Source: Phycisphaeraceae bacterium (lineage in GTDB: Bacteria > Planctomycetota > Phycisphaerae > Phycisphaerales > Zrk34). From it: DNA of 20,491 bases. Below, in pieces: positions 1 to 8,634 of this stretch (positions are counted from its first letter, which is position 1; every line of letters begins with the position of its first letter). The notes under the pieces are model-generated. The model was not told the DNA's origin. It was given only the letters and a program-made list of their open reading frames with translations, and searched no databases. The position numbers and the translations under genes were made by a program. The stretch is taken from assembly GCA_040905565.1 (NCBI GenBank), contig JBBDRF010000068.1, positions 1 to 20,491 on the forward strand, in the 5' to 3' direction.

Positions 1-245
1 GCCATCAACCAACCGACTCTCACAACGGCTGGCACATAGTTTTCAGGCAGGCCAGTGGTGCCTGATGCCGAGGCCACCGCCCGGGTCGCCTCGACGTCTT
101 TGTTGAACGGCGTCGTGAAACGCACATCCGTGTTGGCCGGAACGTTGATGGTGCGATAGCCGAACCACGCCTGTTCCGCCTGCGCCGACGGCACCGCCGT
201 CGCCAGCAGCGCGCCCGCTAAAATCATTGCCAATATTTTCGTCAT
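1..245 (-). CDS. Secreted protein, 5' part only (runs off the window edge); N-terminus resembles the TIGR02597 family
   Basis: Absent from the ORF track; translated by hand. ATG at 245 with AGGAGA RBS gives MTKILAMILAGALLATAVPSAQA|EQAWFGYRTINVPANTDVRFTTPFNKDVEATRAVASASGTT..., with a Sec signal peptide (AQA cleavage). GYxTxxVPANxD recalls PVC-superphylum TIGR02597 proteins (recalled from memory, unverified). Confidence 0.65.
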   Translation of the reverse strand, partial: MTKILAMILAGALLATAVPSAQAEQAWFGYRTINVPANTDVRFTTPFNKDVEATRAVASASGTTGLPENYVPAVVRVGWLM

Positions 246-431
246 TTCAGTCTCCTGGGTTTTCGTGCTTGCCAATAAGGAAGGCTTGAAACTGGTTCCT
301 CATTCGCGTTTCTTGCTGATTAACATTTGCCGATCGCTTCAGTTCATGCAGTCCCCTAGGTTTCGCTCGCCACGGTCGCGCGCCCGCAGCAGACGCTTCC
401 GCATCGCAACGGTCGACACGATCGCTCCAAC

Positions 432-1010
432 TCAGCGGCGACGCCGAACCAGCATGCCCGCGACGCTCAGCAGACCGAGCACCGCCGTCGTCGGCTCGGG
501 GATTACCGTCGTCGCTTCTTGCGTCGTCGTCAGGTTGGCCGTGCCGCCTGTCAGGACGGGAGAATGGGTGTTACCGCTGTCGACCGCATCCGCGAGCATC
601 ATGAACTCCGCGCCGTAGGCTGTCCCAACGCCTGGTGCGGTCGCCGTTGAACTCACATCGAACCACATCACCCAGATCTCGCTGACACCGATCTCGTAAC
701 CACTGGGCGCCGTCTCGACCTGGGCGAAGGGGAAGCCCATGCCGTCGTTAATCGCACCTTCGTTGAGGATCACGTCGTTCGGGTCCCATTGAAAACTGCT
801 GGAGTTATCCACACCAACCGGCTGATCGAGATAGCTGAAGCCCTGCCAGCCGTCGCCCGCCGTGTCCAGCACCATCACGAACTTGCCGTCGGTCAGCGCC
901 GTGCCTGCTCCGTCGTTACCGGTAAAAAGTGCCGGGGCATAAGTCACGCTCGCCTGAGCCGGGGCAGCCAAAGCAAGCAACGCCAATGTCATCATCGTGA
1001 ATTTTTTCAT
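432..1010 (-). CDS. PEP-CTERM sorting domain surface protein (192 aa)
   Basis: Signal peptide MKKFTMMTLALLALAAPAQA; C-terminal IPEPTT, hydrophobic helix and RRRR; GGAGAG RBS. Confidence 0.93.
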   Translation of the reverse strand: MKKFTMMTLALLALAAPAQASVTYAPALFTGNDGAGTALTDGKFVMVLDTAGDGWQGFSYLDQPVGVDNSSSFQWDPNDVILNEGAINDGMGFPFAQVETAPSGYEIGVSEIWVMWFDVSSTATAPGVGTAYGAEFMMLADAVDSGNTHSPVLTGGTANLTTTQEATTVIPEPTTAVLGLLSVAGMLVRRRR

Positions 1011-1603
1011 TGTTCAGTCTCTCCGCTGCTGAGCAGCGTTATTGTTTGTCGATCGTTTCGGGAACCTTCACTAATCTGCCGGGTGACAGTCGGCCGATGC
1101 CGCCCTCGCCCGATCACAAATATCCACGCCTTGACTGAGCCTCCTATGTTGGATCGCAATCATGTCGATGCTTCGGAGTCGCGCCCTTCACCGCTGAAGA
1201 ACGCTTTCTGTTTCTGCAGCAAAAGTACGCCACCCCGGTTATAGGAGTGCTGCAGTTGAGCTAAGCTTCGGTTAAGAACGCCACGGCCGTGGCTTGTGGA
1301 AACTGACCAGACGGAGGGTGCGTCGCGAGAGCTTCTAACGGAGATTAAACATTTCAAGTGAGGCCGAAGGGCCGGCCCAGCAGAACGCATACTGCAGCTG
1401 TCCGACCTCAGTTAGGTTCTTCAGGAAGAGACATACAGCCTGGAGGAGCGCGGGCGAAAAACCCTCGACTTTCCCGGCGTGTGAGGGCCTCTTCACCAAT
1501 TATGATGTGCAACGGTGCCGTCTGGATCGTCGGCGGGGACGAGCGCAGGCGGCGGGCTTGTTAGATCTGGACGATGTTTGGACGGCGTAATTGCCGCCGC
1601 GAA

Positions 1604-3022
1604 TCAGGCGCGGATGATGTCGACCGCGGTGGCGTCGCGGTTGGCGGGGCCAAGGCGACGCTTGGCGTCCATGCCCTCGAGGATCGTGTTGTAGACGTCG
1701 ATGCCTTCCTTGCCGACGTCCGTGAAGCCGCCGGTCTTGAAGCGGCCGTTGGCGCCGGTGATGGCGTGGAAGACGCCCGATAGCTCGCGCTTCGGATCAT
1801 TGTGCCGACCATCACCAGATTCCGTGGAGATGGTAAACAGCGAGTTCTGGAGGATGGTCTTGCCGTTTCCTTCAACGCAGTCGTCGCCATCGAGCCGCTG
1901 GAGGAAGCCCGCCACTTCCCGCATTTTCATGTGGATGTGCGCACGCAGGGCTTCGTTTTTCTGCTCTTCACGATACTTGTGCCACCACTCATGGCTGCAG
2001 CCCATGGCACCCGACGCGTTCTGCTGACCGGCATCATCGAAGTCAAAGATCTTACGGCCTTCATACTCATAGCTACCGGTGAGGCGAATCCGTTCGCCCG
2101 CAGCGAGGAAGGTCGCCGAGCCGAAGCGGACGCGGTCCATCTGAATCGCCAGTGCGTAGAGGTCGGCCATGAGTCGCCAGCCGGAGACGAGCTCGTCGAG
2201 GGTGATATCGATGCCTTCGCCGCCGGGGTCAGCCTCGCTGCCGTGGATGAGGTGCGACTCGGGCGGTCGCTTGGGCAACTCGACCATCTTCTGTTCCATC
2301 TCGAAAGCGCGGTGCTCGTACTCGCGGATGCGGTCGAGATGATCCGAAACACGGGCGCGCGAGGCGGTACCTAGTGGTGAATTCTGGCCGGTGTAGTGTT
2401 TGGATTGCTGAACGACTGAATCGAGCACGCTGCGGCGAAGCCGTTGGCTTCGTGGGTCGGCACCTTCGATGGAACCGAAGATGCGTTCGAACAGGTCGCG
2501 TGGGCGCTCCTGCATGGCAGCGGCGGCGGTACCGTCTTCATTAAAGCTCTGGATATAGCGGCTCATGCGGTCGTTGCGTCGGAAGAATGTACCGCCGATC
2601 AGCGTCGGAACCATCCCGTCTGGCAAGCCATCGGGATAGTGCGAACGCCGGATGACCTGATCGATCGAGGGGCCGCCCGCGCGGGCACTGCCGTTGGGCG
2701 GCTCAGCGGTGAACGCCCCGGCCGAACCGTCATAGTGGGCGTTGATGCCGTCGACGTCGCAACGGATCTGGTCCACGTCGCGCATGATCAGCAGCTTGTC
2801 GCGGAGCGGCTTGAGCGGTTCGAGCACGCCGTCGTAGCCCTCGGTCTGAAGTGGCGCGGGGATGCCGAGGCCGAAGAAGACGTTGAACGCCCGCACCGGG
2901 ATCGCAGCCGGTGGGGCGGCCACGGCACTGGAAGCAAGCATCTCCTCAAGGAACGGCAGGCCGATGGTGACGGACCCGATTCCGCGGAGCATGGCGCGTC
3001 GGCTCACATGTGGCATTTTCAT
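1604..3022 (-). CDS. DUF1552 (HXXSHH-family) protein with twin-arginine-like N-terminus
   Basis: Typical N-terminus SRRAMLRGIGSVTIGLPFLEEM; LEPLKPLRDKLLI, SIDQ, SVLD and HLDRIRE motifs; ATGA overlap with the upstream DUF1592-type gene, the usual arrangement. Confidence 0.88.
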   Translation of the reverse strand: MKMPHVSRRAMLRGIGSVTIGLPFLEEMLASSAVAAPPAAIPVRAFNVFFGLGIPAPLQTEGYDGVLEPLKPLRDKLLIMRDVDQIRCDVDGINAHYDGSAGAFTAEPPNGSARAGGPSIDQVIRRSHYPDGLPDGMVPTLIGGTFFRRNDRMSRYIQSFNEDGTAAAAMQERPRDLFERIFGSIEGADPRSQRLRRSVLDSVVQQSKHYTGQNSPLGTASRARVSDHLDRIREYEHRAFEMEQKMVELPKRPPESHLIHGSEADPGGEGIDITLDELVSGWRLMADLYALAIQMDRVRFGSATFLAAGERIRLTGSYEYEGRKIFDFDDAGQQNASGAMGCSHEWWHKYREEQKNEALRAHIHMKMREVAGFLQRLDGDDCVEGNGKTILQNSLFTISTESGDGRHNDPKRELSGVFHAITGANGRFKTGGFTDVGKEGIDVYNTILEGMDAKRRLGPANRDATAVDIIRA

Positions 3023-6000
3023 CGGTCTCTCTCCGTTCGCGTCTTCTGGATGAGATCGCTTGTGATAATGGCGGTGATGAGGCTTTCGTAGGTGCCGCCG
3101 TCTTCACGTGCGGCATGATGGACCTGCTCAACCGTGGCCGCATCGGCGCCGACGAGGGGTCGGCCGATGGCGAACTGCGTGAGCTTGCGTGTGACGGTGA
3201 GCTGCACGTGATCGTTGGCCGCGAGGATGCTCATGAGCTCGCCGATCGTCTCGTAGGAAGTCGGCTCATCGCTGCCGGGGAAGAGGATTTCGCCGTCTTC
3301 GCGCAGATCATTGCCGTGCTCGTCGACTTCCGCGAATCGACCGATGCCGTTGAACTTCTCAAGTCCAAACGCCAACGGCTCAAAGCGTACATGGCAGCCG
3401 ACGCACGAACTGTTGCTCAGGCGTGATTCGGCAAGACCGCGTTGTGAGAGGCCGGGCTCTGCGGGGACAGGCGTGGTGTCGACGCCGGGCGGCGCGCTGC
3501 CGACGGCGCTGTCGAGAATGTCGTTGAGGACGAAGAGCCCGCGGCTGACCATCGAGGCTTCGTCGCCACCCACTGTAAGAACGCCCGCGTGTGTCAGCAG
3601 GCCACCCCGTGAGGGGACCGAGGCGAGGTCATAGCGCCACATCCGCTTGCCACGGTGGGCAATTTCGTCAGCGGTGAGAGCGCGGCTGTAGATGTTGACC
3701 GCGTGCAGCGTGCCCTGCCAGGGGCGATCACCGCTGCGCTCGTTGCCGAGGATGAGGTGGAAGTCATCTACCCAATTGGAGAAATCGCCGCTGACGTCGT
3801 CCGTGCCCTGCGGCTCGCCGTCGATGTAGAGCGTTGCGCGGCCCCCTGCGCCCCGGGTATAGACCAGATGCATAGCGCGGTTCTCAGCCGAGCCTGATTC
3901 CGTGCGGACGCTGGGCAGGCCGTTGTCGTCGGTGCTGGTCGTTCGCAGGCGAGCATCGTAGCGGTCGCCATCCTGGCCGAGCGTAAAGTTGCGGTTCGTC
4001 GAATCACTCGAGAGCGACACGATGCGGGCGGGGCCATCCTGGGAGGTGTTCGCAGGCGTCAGCCAGGCCTCGATCGTAAGGGCACGCGAACGCTTCGCAG
4101 CTTGAATCAGGCGGTGCGGCGGCTCAGCCGAGATGATGCGCGTCGGACCGTGAATCCGTAGCCCTGCATCAGTCCATTCAACGGCCGACGCATCGTCGAT
4201 CTTCAAGTCAATCGGCTCGCCCACGCCGGCTTCGTCGCGAATGATATTTCCTTCGCCCCCGTCGAAGCGGTAGGCCAGTTGCACACCGGGGTCAGCTTCG
4301 TGATGGTCGCGAGGCCCCGCCGTCTGATTCTGCTGCACGTCCTGCGCAGAGAGCGCATCGTCGTAAATGGCGACGAGGTGGTACGTGCCCTGCCAATACC
4401 GCTCGTCCGACAGCTCAGCAGCAAGGGCGAGTCGAAAAACCTCATTCCAGTTCGAGAAGTCGCCACTGACCTCGGCCCCCGCGACTTCCTGCCCGTCGAG
4501 ATAGAACGTCGTGCCACCGTCGGCATGGCGCGTATAGACGACATGCGTGAGTTCGGTGCGGACGGTGTCGCCATCGGTGTTCAGCGACGGCATGCCGTTG
4601 TCGGTGGTGCTCGTGGTGCGCAGGCGAGCATCATAGCGGTCGCCGTCCTGGCCGAGCGTGAAGTTGCGATTGCTGGTGTCGTTCGAGAGCGTGACGATCC
4701 GGGCGGGGCCGTCCTGCGACGTGTTCGCCGGTGTCACCCAAGCTTCAATGGTAATCGCGCCGGAACCGCTTCTGCCCTGCGAACCGCGCATCGCCTGGGA
4801 GAGGCGGTAGGGCGGGTCCTGCGTGGCAATCAGCGTTTCGCCTTCGATGGTAAGGCCCTCGTCACCCCAGCTCACAGCCGAGGGATCAGCAATGACGAGG
4901 TCCAGCGGATCCTGACGCCCTGACCGATCGTGAACGCGGTCGCCGCTGCCTTCGGAAAATGTATAGAGCGCCTGGAGGTTATCGGTGACGCGGCCGGGAT
5001 GCCGTGCCGGTGCGATATCGACCGGTCTGGCAGGAACATCTTGCAACTCGTAAAACCTGGCCAACCGCGGCGTGGCGTAGGTCACCTGAGCGTCCAGTAC
5101 ATCCCACACCGGCCGATTCTGCTGCCAGATCAGATGCGAGAAAACGGCGAGCGTTTCTTCACGCATCGCGACGGCGAGCTGCGAATCCCACTCCGGAAAA
5201 TGCGCTTCGTTCGGCGCGAGCGAAGCAAGCCGCTCCAGCCCCATCCATTCATAGATGAACTGCTCAGAGCGTTCAACGGCACGCGGATCCTGCAGCATGC
5301 GATTGATCTGCTCATGAATCTGGGACGTGTCCGACAGCTCACCGTTGTCAGCCGCTTTCAAAAGCTCCTCGTCCGGCGGGCCGCCCCAGATGATGTAGCT
5401 CATCCGCGAAGCAAGTTCGTACGCACTGACCACGCGGGGCTCTCCGTCGCCGCGCTGACGTTCGATGCGGTAAATGAAGCGCGGCGACTGCACCATCGCT
5501 TCGACGATATAGCTGGCCGCTTCGATGAAATCGCCATCTTCCTCGGCCACGGCGTCGGCCACGGCGACGAACGCTTCAATCTCGAATTCCTCGAGTGGTC
5601 CCCGGAAAAGCCAATGGCCCATCTCCGCGACAAGCTCACGCACACATCCCTCGTCAAGATCGTCGCAGTCGACAAAACGGCCGACGAAGGTTTCGACGTC
5701 AAGCCGTTCGACCATGATCCGCGCCAGCTCCGCGTAGGCTTCAACGTGCGCCAGATCGATGCCCAGGTTGTAGGCCGTATTCGTGAAGCCATCGGCGCGG
5801 CGGTCGGACGGGAGAAGGCGATAAGCTTCTTCTTCGATGTCCACGCCAAGCGCGCTGCGGACCGTCTCAACGTACTCGCGCACCGTCAGACGCTGAACCC
5901 ACTGCTCCAGTGCACGACTATCGCGCCGAATGGCCGTCGCATCGATACGGTCGCCTGACCATACCGCCCCGTCGGCGATCCACGCGCGAAGCAGCGCTCG

Positions 6001-6453
6001 TTCTTCCTCAGAGAGGGGCTCGCGATCCTCCGGCGGCATATCGCCCAGATCCACGTAGTCCCATGCGAGACTTTCCTCCGGATTGCCGGGGACGATGGCG
6101 GGACCGTTTCGACCGCCGGCGAGCGCCGTCTGCTTTCGCGAAAGGTCCAGCCGACCTTCCTGCACGGTCGAGTCGTGACACTCCAGGCACCGCTCGGCAA
6201 GCAGTGGGGCGATCTTCGCATCGAAGTGCCGCATGGCCTCGGCTTCGGTGCGCCCCGTGTCAGGACCGACGTCAGTCACTTCGGCGGCGCGTGTCGTGAA
6301 CTGCTCAAACTGGCTGAACAGCACGCCCGAGAGCAGCACGCCTGAGAGCGCGACTGCCAAACACCAGCGATTCAAGGTAAGCATCCAGCGGGTCCTCCAC
6401 GCATGGTTAGCGGTGCGTGCCGTTCTTAGTGATTCCCCAATCGCTCGTGCCAT
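3019..6453 (-). CDS. Planctomycete cytochrome c + DUF1587/1595/1592/1588/1585 protein with two inserted LamG-like domains
   Basis: CLECH (6175-6189) with downstream MPP and WI..GA; QRLTVREY..TV; SPRFIYR; YELASRMSY..WGGPPD; RGGLLT and CVGCH (3391-3405); LTQFAIGR. Two LamG repeats (TIEAW.TP...H.VYT...LY.DG). An alternative start at 6384 is possible. Confidence 0.9.
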   Translation of the reverse strand: MARAIGESLRTARTANHAWRTRWMLTLNRWCLAVALSGVLLSGVLFSQFEQFTTRAAEVTDVGPDTGRTEAEAMRHFDAKIAPLLAERCLECHDSTVQEGRLDLSRKQTALAGGRNGPAIVPGNPEESLAWDYVDLGDMPPEDREPLSEEERALLRAWIADGAVWSGDRIDATAIRRDSRALEQWVQRLTVREYVETVRSALGVDIEEEAYRLLPSDRRADGFTNTAYNLGIDLAHVEAYAELARIMVERLDVETFVGRFVDCDDLDEGCVRELVAEMGHWLFRGPLEEFEIEAFVAVADAVAEEDGDFIEAASYIVEAMVQSPRFIYRIERQRGDGEPRVVSAYELASRMSYIIWGGPPDEELLKAADNGELSDTSQIHEQINRMLQDPRAVERSEQFIYEWMGLERLASLAPNEAHFPEWDSQLAVAMREETLAVFSHLIWQQNRPVWDVLDAQVTYATPRLARFYELQDVPARPVDIAPARHPGRVTDNLQALYTFSEGSGDRVHDRSGRQDPLDLVIADPSAVSWGDEGLTIEGETLIATQDPPYRLSQAMRGSQGRSGSGAITIEAWVTPANTSQDGPARIVTLSNDTSNRNFTLGQDGDRYDARLRTTSTTDNGMPSLNTDGDTVRTELTHVVYTRHADGGTTFYLDGQEVAGAEVSGDFSNWNEVFRLALAAELSDERYWQGTYHLVAIYDDALSAQDVQQNQTAGPRDHHEADPGVQLAYRFDGGEGNIIRDEAGVGEPIDLKIDDASAVEWTDAGLRIHGPTRIISAEPPHRLIQAAKRSRALTIEAWLTPANTSQDGPARIVSLSSDSTNRNFTLGQDGDRYDARLRTTSTDDNGLPSVRTESGSAENRAMHLVYTRGAGGRATLYIDGEPQGTDDVSGDFSNWVDDFHLILGNERSGDRPWQGTLHAVNIYSRALTADEIAHRGKRMWRYDLASVPSRGGLLTHAGVLTVGGDEASMVSRGLFVLNDILDSAVGSAPPGVDTTPVPAEPGLSQRGLAESRLSNSSCVGCHVRFEPLAFGLEKFNGIGRFAEVDEHGNDLREDGEILFPGSDEPTSYETIGELMSILAANDHVQLTVTRKLTQFAIGRPLVGADAATVEQVHHAAREDGGTYESLITAIITSDLIQKTRTERDR
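3907..4752 (-). repeat. Intragenic duplication: two 171-bp LamG cores (4582-4752 and 3907-4077)
   Basis: TIEAWVTPANTSQDGPARIVTLSNDTSNRNFTLGQDGDRYDARLRTTSTTDNGMPSL versus TIEAWLTPANTSQDGPARIVSLSSDSTNRNFTLGQDGDRYDARLRTTSTDDNGLPSV, offset 675 bp. Confidence 0.9.
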
Positions 6454-6555
6454 CGTAAGAGCCCGGTCGACCGGTGGTCAAGCAGAAAATGAAAGCGTAT
6501 TGCGGACAATGCGAAGTCCAAGCAAGCAAGTCGCCTCCAAGGCGGCTTGTTTGTT

Positions 6556-7329
6556 TTACCGATCGCGCTCGCTGATGCCGCCGCTCGGCAGGGCTTCGAG
6601 CACGAGCGTCCGCTCGGTGCTGCTGCCGAAGATCAGCGCCGCCCGCACGCGTTCGTTGACGGCTTCGGCGACCATGCCGACCTCGGGGCTGTACCATTCG
6701 GTGGCGTCGATGCGGACGGTGGCGAGGGTCATATCACCTTGGAAGCTGGCTTCGAATCGTCTTGCTTCGAAATCGCCAGCGCCCGTCTGAACGACCTCGT
6801 CGCCGACGTACGTGACGGTCCGCGTCGCTTCGCCTCGGCCTCGCTCGCGGTACGGCGGTGCCAGATTCGTCACCACCATCTCAGCTTCAAAAACCTTTGG
6901 CGAATCCAAAGGCAACTCCGCAGGGATCAGCGTTAACGCCGGCTCATACCGCGTGAGCACCCCTTCAGCGGGATCCTCCACCGCGCCGATCAGCACCGAT
7001 CCATCACTGGCGATACCGAGATGCTCGATGCGGCCGTCGGCGCGAAGGCGACGCAGCGGCAAGGCCTCGTCCTCCTCAGCCGTCTGAAGACTGAACCGGA
7101 GCATATCGCCCTCATCCTCGCCGTCGGTGACGCGGTAATCCCACACCCCCACGTGCACGCCGAGCAGTGCCGCAGGCGAGTTGTCCGTCACCCGATCACG
7201 CTCAACCGCCGACGTCGTCGCAGCATCCGGCCCGGTGCTCAACTGCGAAACGGTCGGCTCCTCGCACCCGCTCATCCAAAGCGACCACCCCGCCACCAGC
7301 GTCCCTGCAACTAAGGTTATCTGTCTCAT
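6556..7329 (-). CDS. Hypothetical lipoprotein, beta-rich (DUF3108/TapB-like C-terminal motif)
   Basis: Lipobox MSG-C after a hydrophobic stretch; motif VQTGAGDFEARRF...TEWYSPEVGMV. Start is either 7329 or 7338. Confidence 0.7.
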   Translation of the reverse strand: MRQITLVAGTLVAGWSLWMSGCEEPTVSQLSTGPDAATTSAVERDRVTDNSPAALLGVHVGVWDYRVTDGEDEGDMLRFSLQTAEEDEALPLRRLRADGRIEHLGIASDGSVLIGAVEDPAEGVLTRYEPALTLIPAELPLDSPKVFEAEMVVTNLAPPYRERGRGEATRTVTYVGDEVVQTGAGDFEARRFEASFQGDMTLATVRIDATEWYSPEVGMVAEAVNERVRAALIFGSSTERTLVLEALPSGGISERDR

Positions 7330-7514
7330 GGCTCGCATTGTAAACCACTCCCCGCTTCACTGATTGATAGGCCCGCGCGCCGGCGATGTAAAACGCGATC
7401 TCAACCGATCGCTCCTCCCTCACCAAGCGGGCATACCCTGCCCCATCGCTGGCATCGTCACGCACGAATCTGATATCCTCTGCTGATCAACCAAAATCTG
7501 AAAGGGTAGATCAC

Positions 7515-8510
7515 ATGCGGCAACGGCCACTGGGACAAAGCGGGATCGAAGCGTCGGTTATTGCCTTCGGAGCATGGGCCATCGGCGGCTGGGCGTGGGG
7601 CGGCACCGAAGAGCAGGCCTCCGTTAACGCCGTTCGCGCCGGGCTCGATGCGGGCATCAACCTCATCGATACCGCACCGGTCTACGGCTTCGGCCGCTCC
7701 GAGGAAATCGTCGCCAAGGCCATCGAGGGTCGACGCGATCAAGTCGTCCTCGCCACGAAGTGCGGCCTCCGCTGGGACGATGACCGAGGCATCTTCCACT
7801 TCGCCAGTGACGAAGAAGGCATCAACGCCGAGGGCGATCTGCGCGTCCATCGCTACCTCGCCCCCGACTCGATCCGCACCGAACTCGAAGCCAGCCTCAA
7901 GCGACTCAAGACCGACCACATCGATCTCTACCAGACCCACTGGCAAGACCCCAGCACGCCGATCGAAGACACCATGGCTTGCCTGCTGAAGCTCAAGGAC
8001 GAAGGCAAGATCCGCGCCATCGGCGTCTCCAACGCCACCGCCGAAGAGATGGACCAGTACCGCGCCGTCGGCCCCATCGATGCCGACCAGGAACGCTTCT
8101 CCATGCTCGATCGCCAGATGGAAACGAGCGGCCAACTGGACTACTGCCGCGAGCACAACATCGCCGTCCTCGCCTATTCCCCGCTGGCGCACGGCCTGCT
8201 CACCGGCAAGATCGACGCCGCCCGCACCTTCCCCAAAGGCGACCTCCGCCGCGACAAAGAGCGCTTCTCCATCGAAAACCGCGAACGCATCCTCAAAATG
8301 CTAGGCGAACTGCTGCCCCTCGCTGAGGACCGCGGCGTCACCTTCAGCCAACTCGTCCTCGCCTGGACCCTCGAACAGCCCGGCCTCACCCACGCCCTCG
8401 TCGGCGCCCGCTCACCCGAGCAGGCCCACGAAAACGCCGCAGCCGGCAGCCTCGAACTCGAAGATCACGAACTGGCGCACATCGAAGAAGTCGTCACACA
8501 ATTCGTGTGA
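7515..8510 (+). CDS. Aldo/keto reductase (AKR11-like)
   Basis: FGAWAIGG, IDTAPVYG, ATKCG, SLKRLKTDHIDLYQTHW, GKIRAIGVSN, AYSPLAHGLLTG. Confidence 0.96.
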   Translation: MRQRPLGQSGIEASVIAFGAWAIGGWAWGGTEEQASVNAVRAGLDAGINLIDTAPVYGFGRSEEIVAKAIEGRRDQVVLATKCGLRWDDDRGIFHFASDEEGINAEGDLRVHRYLAPDSIRTELEASLKRLKTDHIDLYQTHWQDPSTPIEDTMACLLKLKDEGKIRAIGVSNATAEEMDQYRAVGPIDADQERFSMLDRQMETSGQLDYCREHNIAVLAYSPLAHGLLTGKIDAARTFPKGDLRRDKERFSIENRERILKMLGELLPLAEDRGVTFSQLVLAWTLEQPGLTHALVGARSPEQAHENAAAGSLELEDHELAHIEEVVTQFV

Positions 8511-8546
8511 GAACACGCCACGAATCACAACGATCAACACACGCAA

Positions 8547-8614
8547 AAGAGCCGGCCTGTCCCCAGGCCGGTCTTGCGACGAAGACCCACCGGCTTGGGG
8601 ACAAGCCGGCTCTT
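8547..8614. repeat. Inverted REP-like doublet between convergent genes; possible bidirectional terminator
   Basis: Two 26-nt arms, AAGAGCCGGCCTGTCCCCAGGCCGGT (8547-8572) and ACCGGCTTGGGGACAAGCCGGCTCTT (8589-8614), reverse complements at 24/26; each arm is itself a hairpin. Confidence 0.8.
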
Positions 8615-8634
8615 CAACGATCAAAAATCAGGGA

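Noticed and set aside
1218..1232. Sigma-54-like TGGCGTACTTTTGCT on the minus strand upstream of the PEP-CTERM gene
   Set aside because: GG-to-GC spacing is 9 nt rather than the strictly required 10.
1011..1603. ncRNA or c-di-GMP riboswitch in the long intergenic region; short ORFs there
   Set aside because: Only small hairpins and no GGCAAA/GAAA/GACGCAAA pattern; the ORFs lack an RBS and protein-like composition.
4930..5958. Long antisense or alternate-frame ORFs (also 13503-14594, 15704-16795, 7458-8192 and others)
   Set aside because: Shadow ORFs of well-supported genes in high-GC DNA, with no motifs.
3019..6570. Two neighbouring proteins both end in ERDR
   Set aside because: A four-residue match with different codons; one is constrained by the overlapping RBS and start of the next gene. 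Probably chance.
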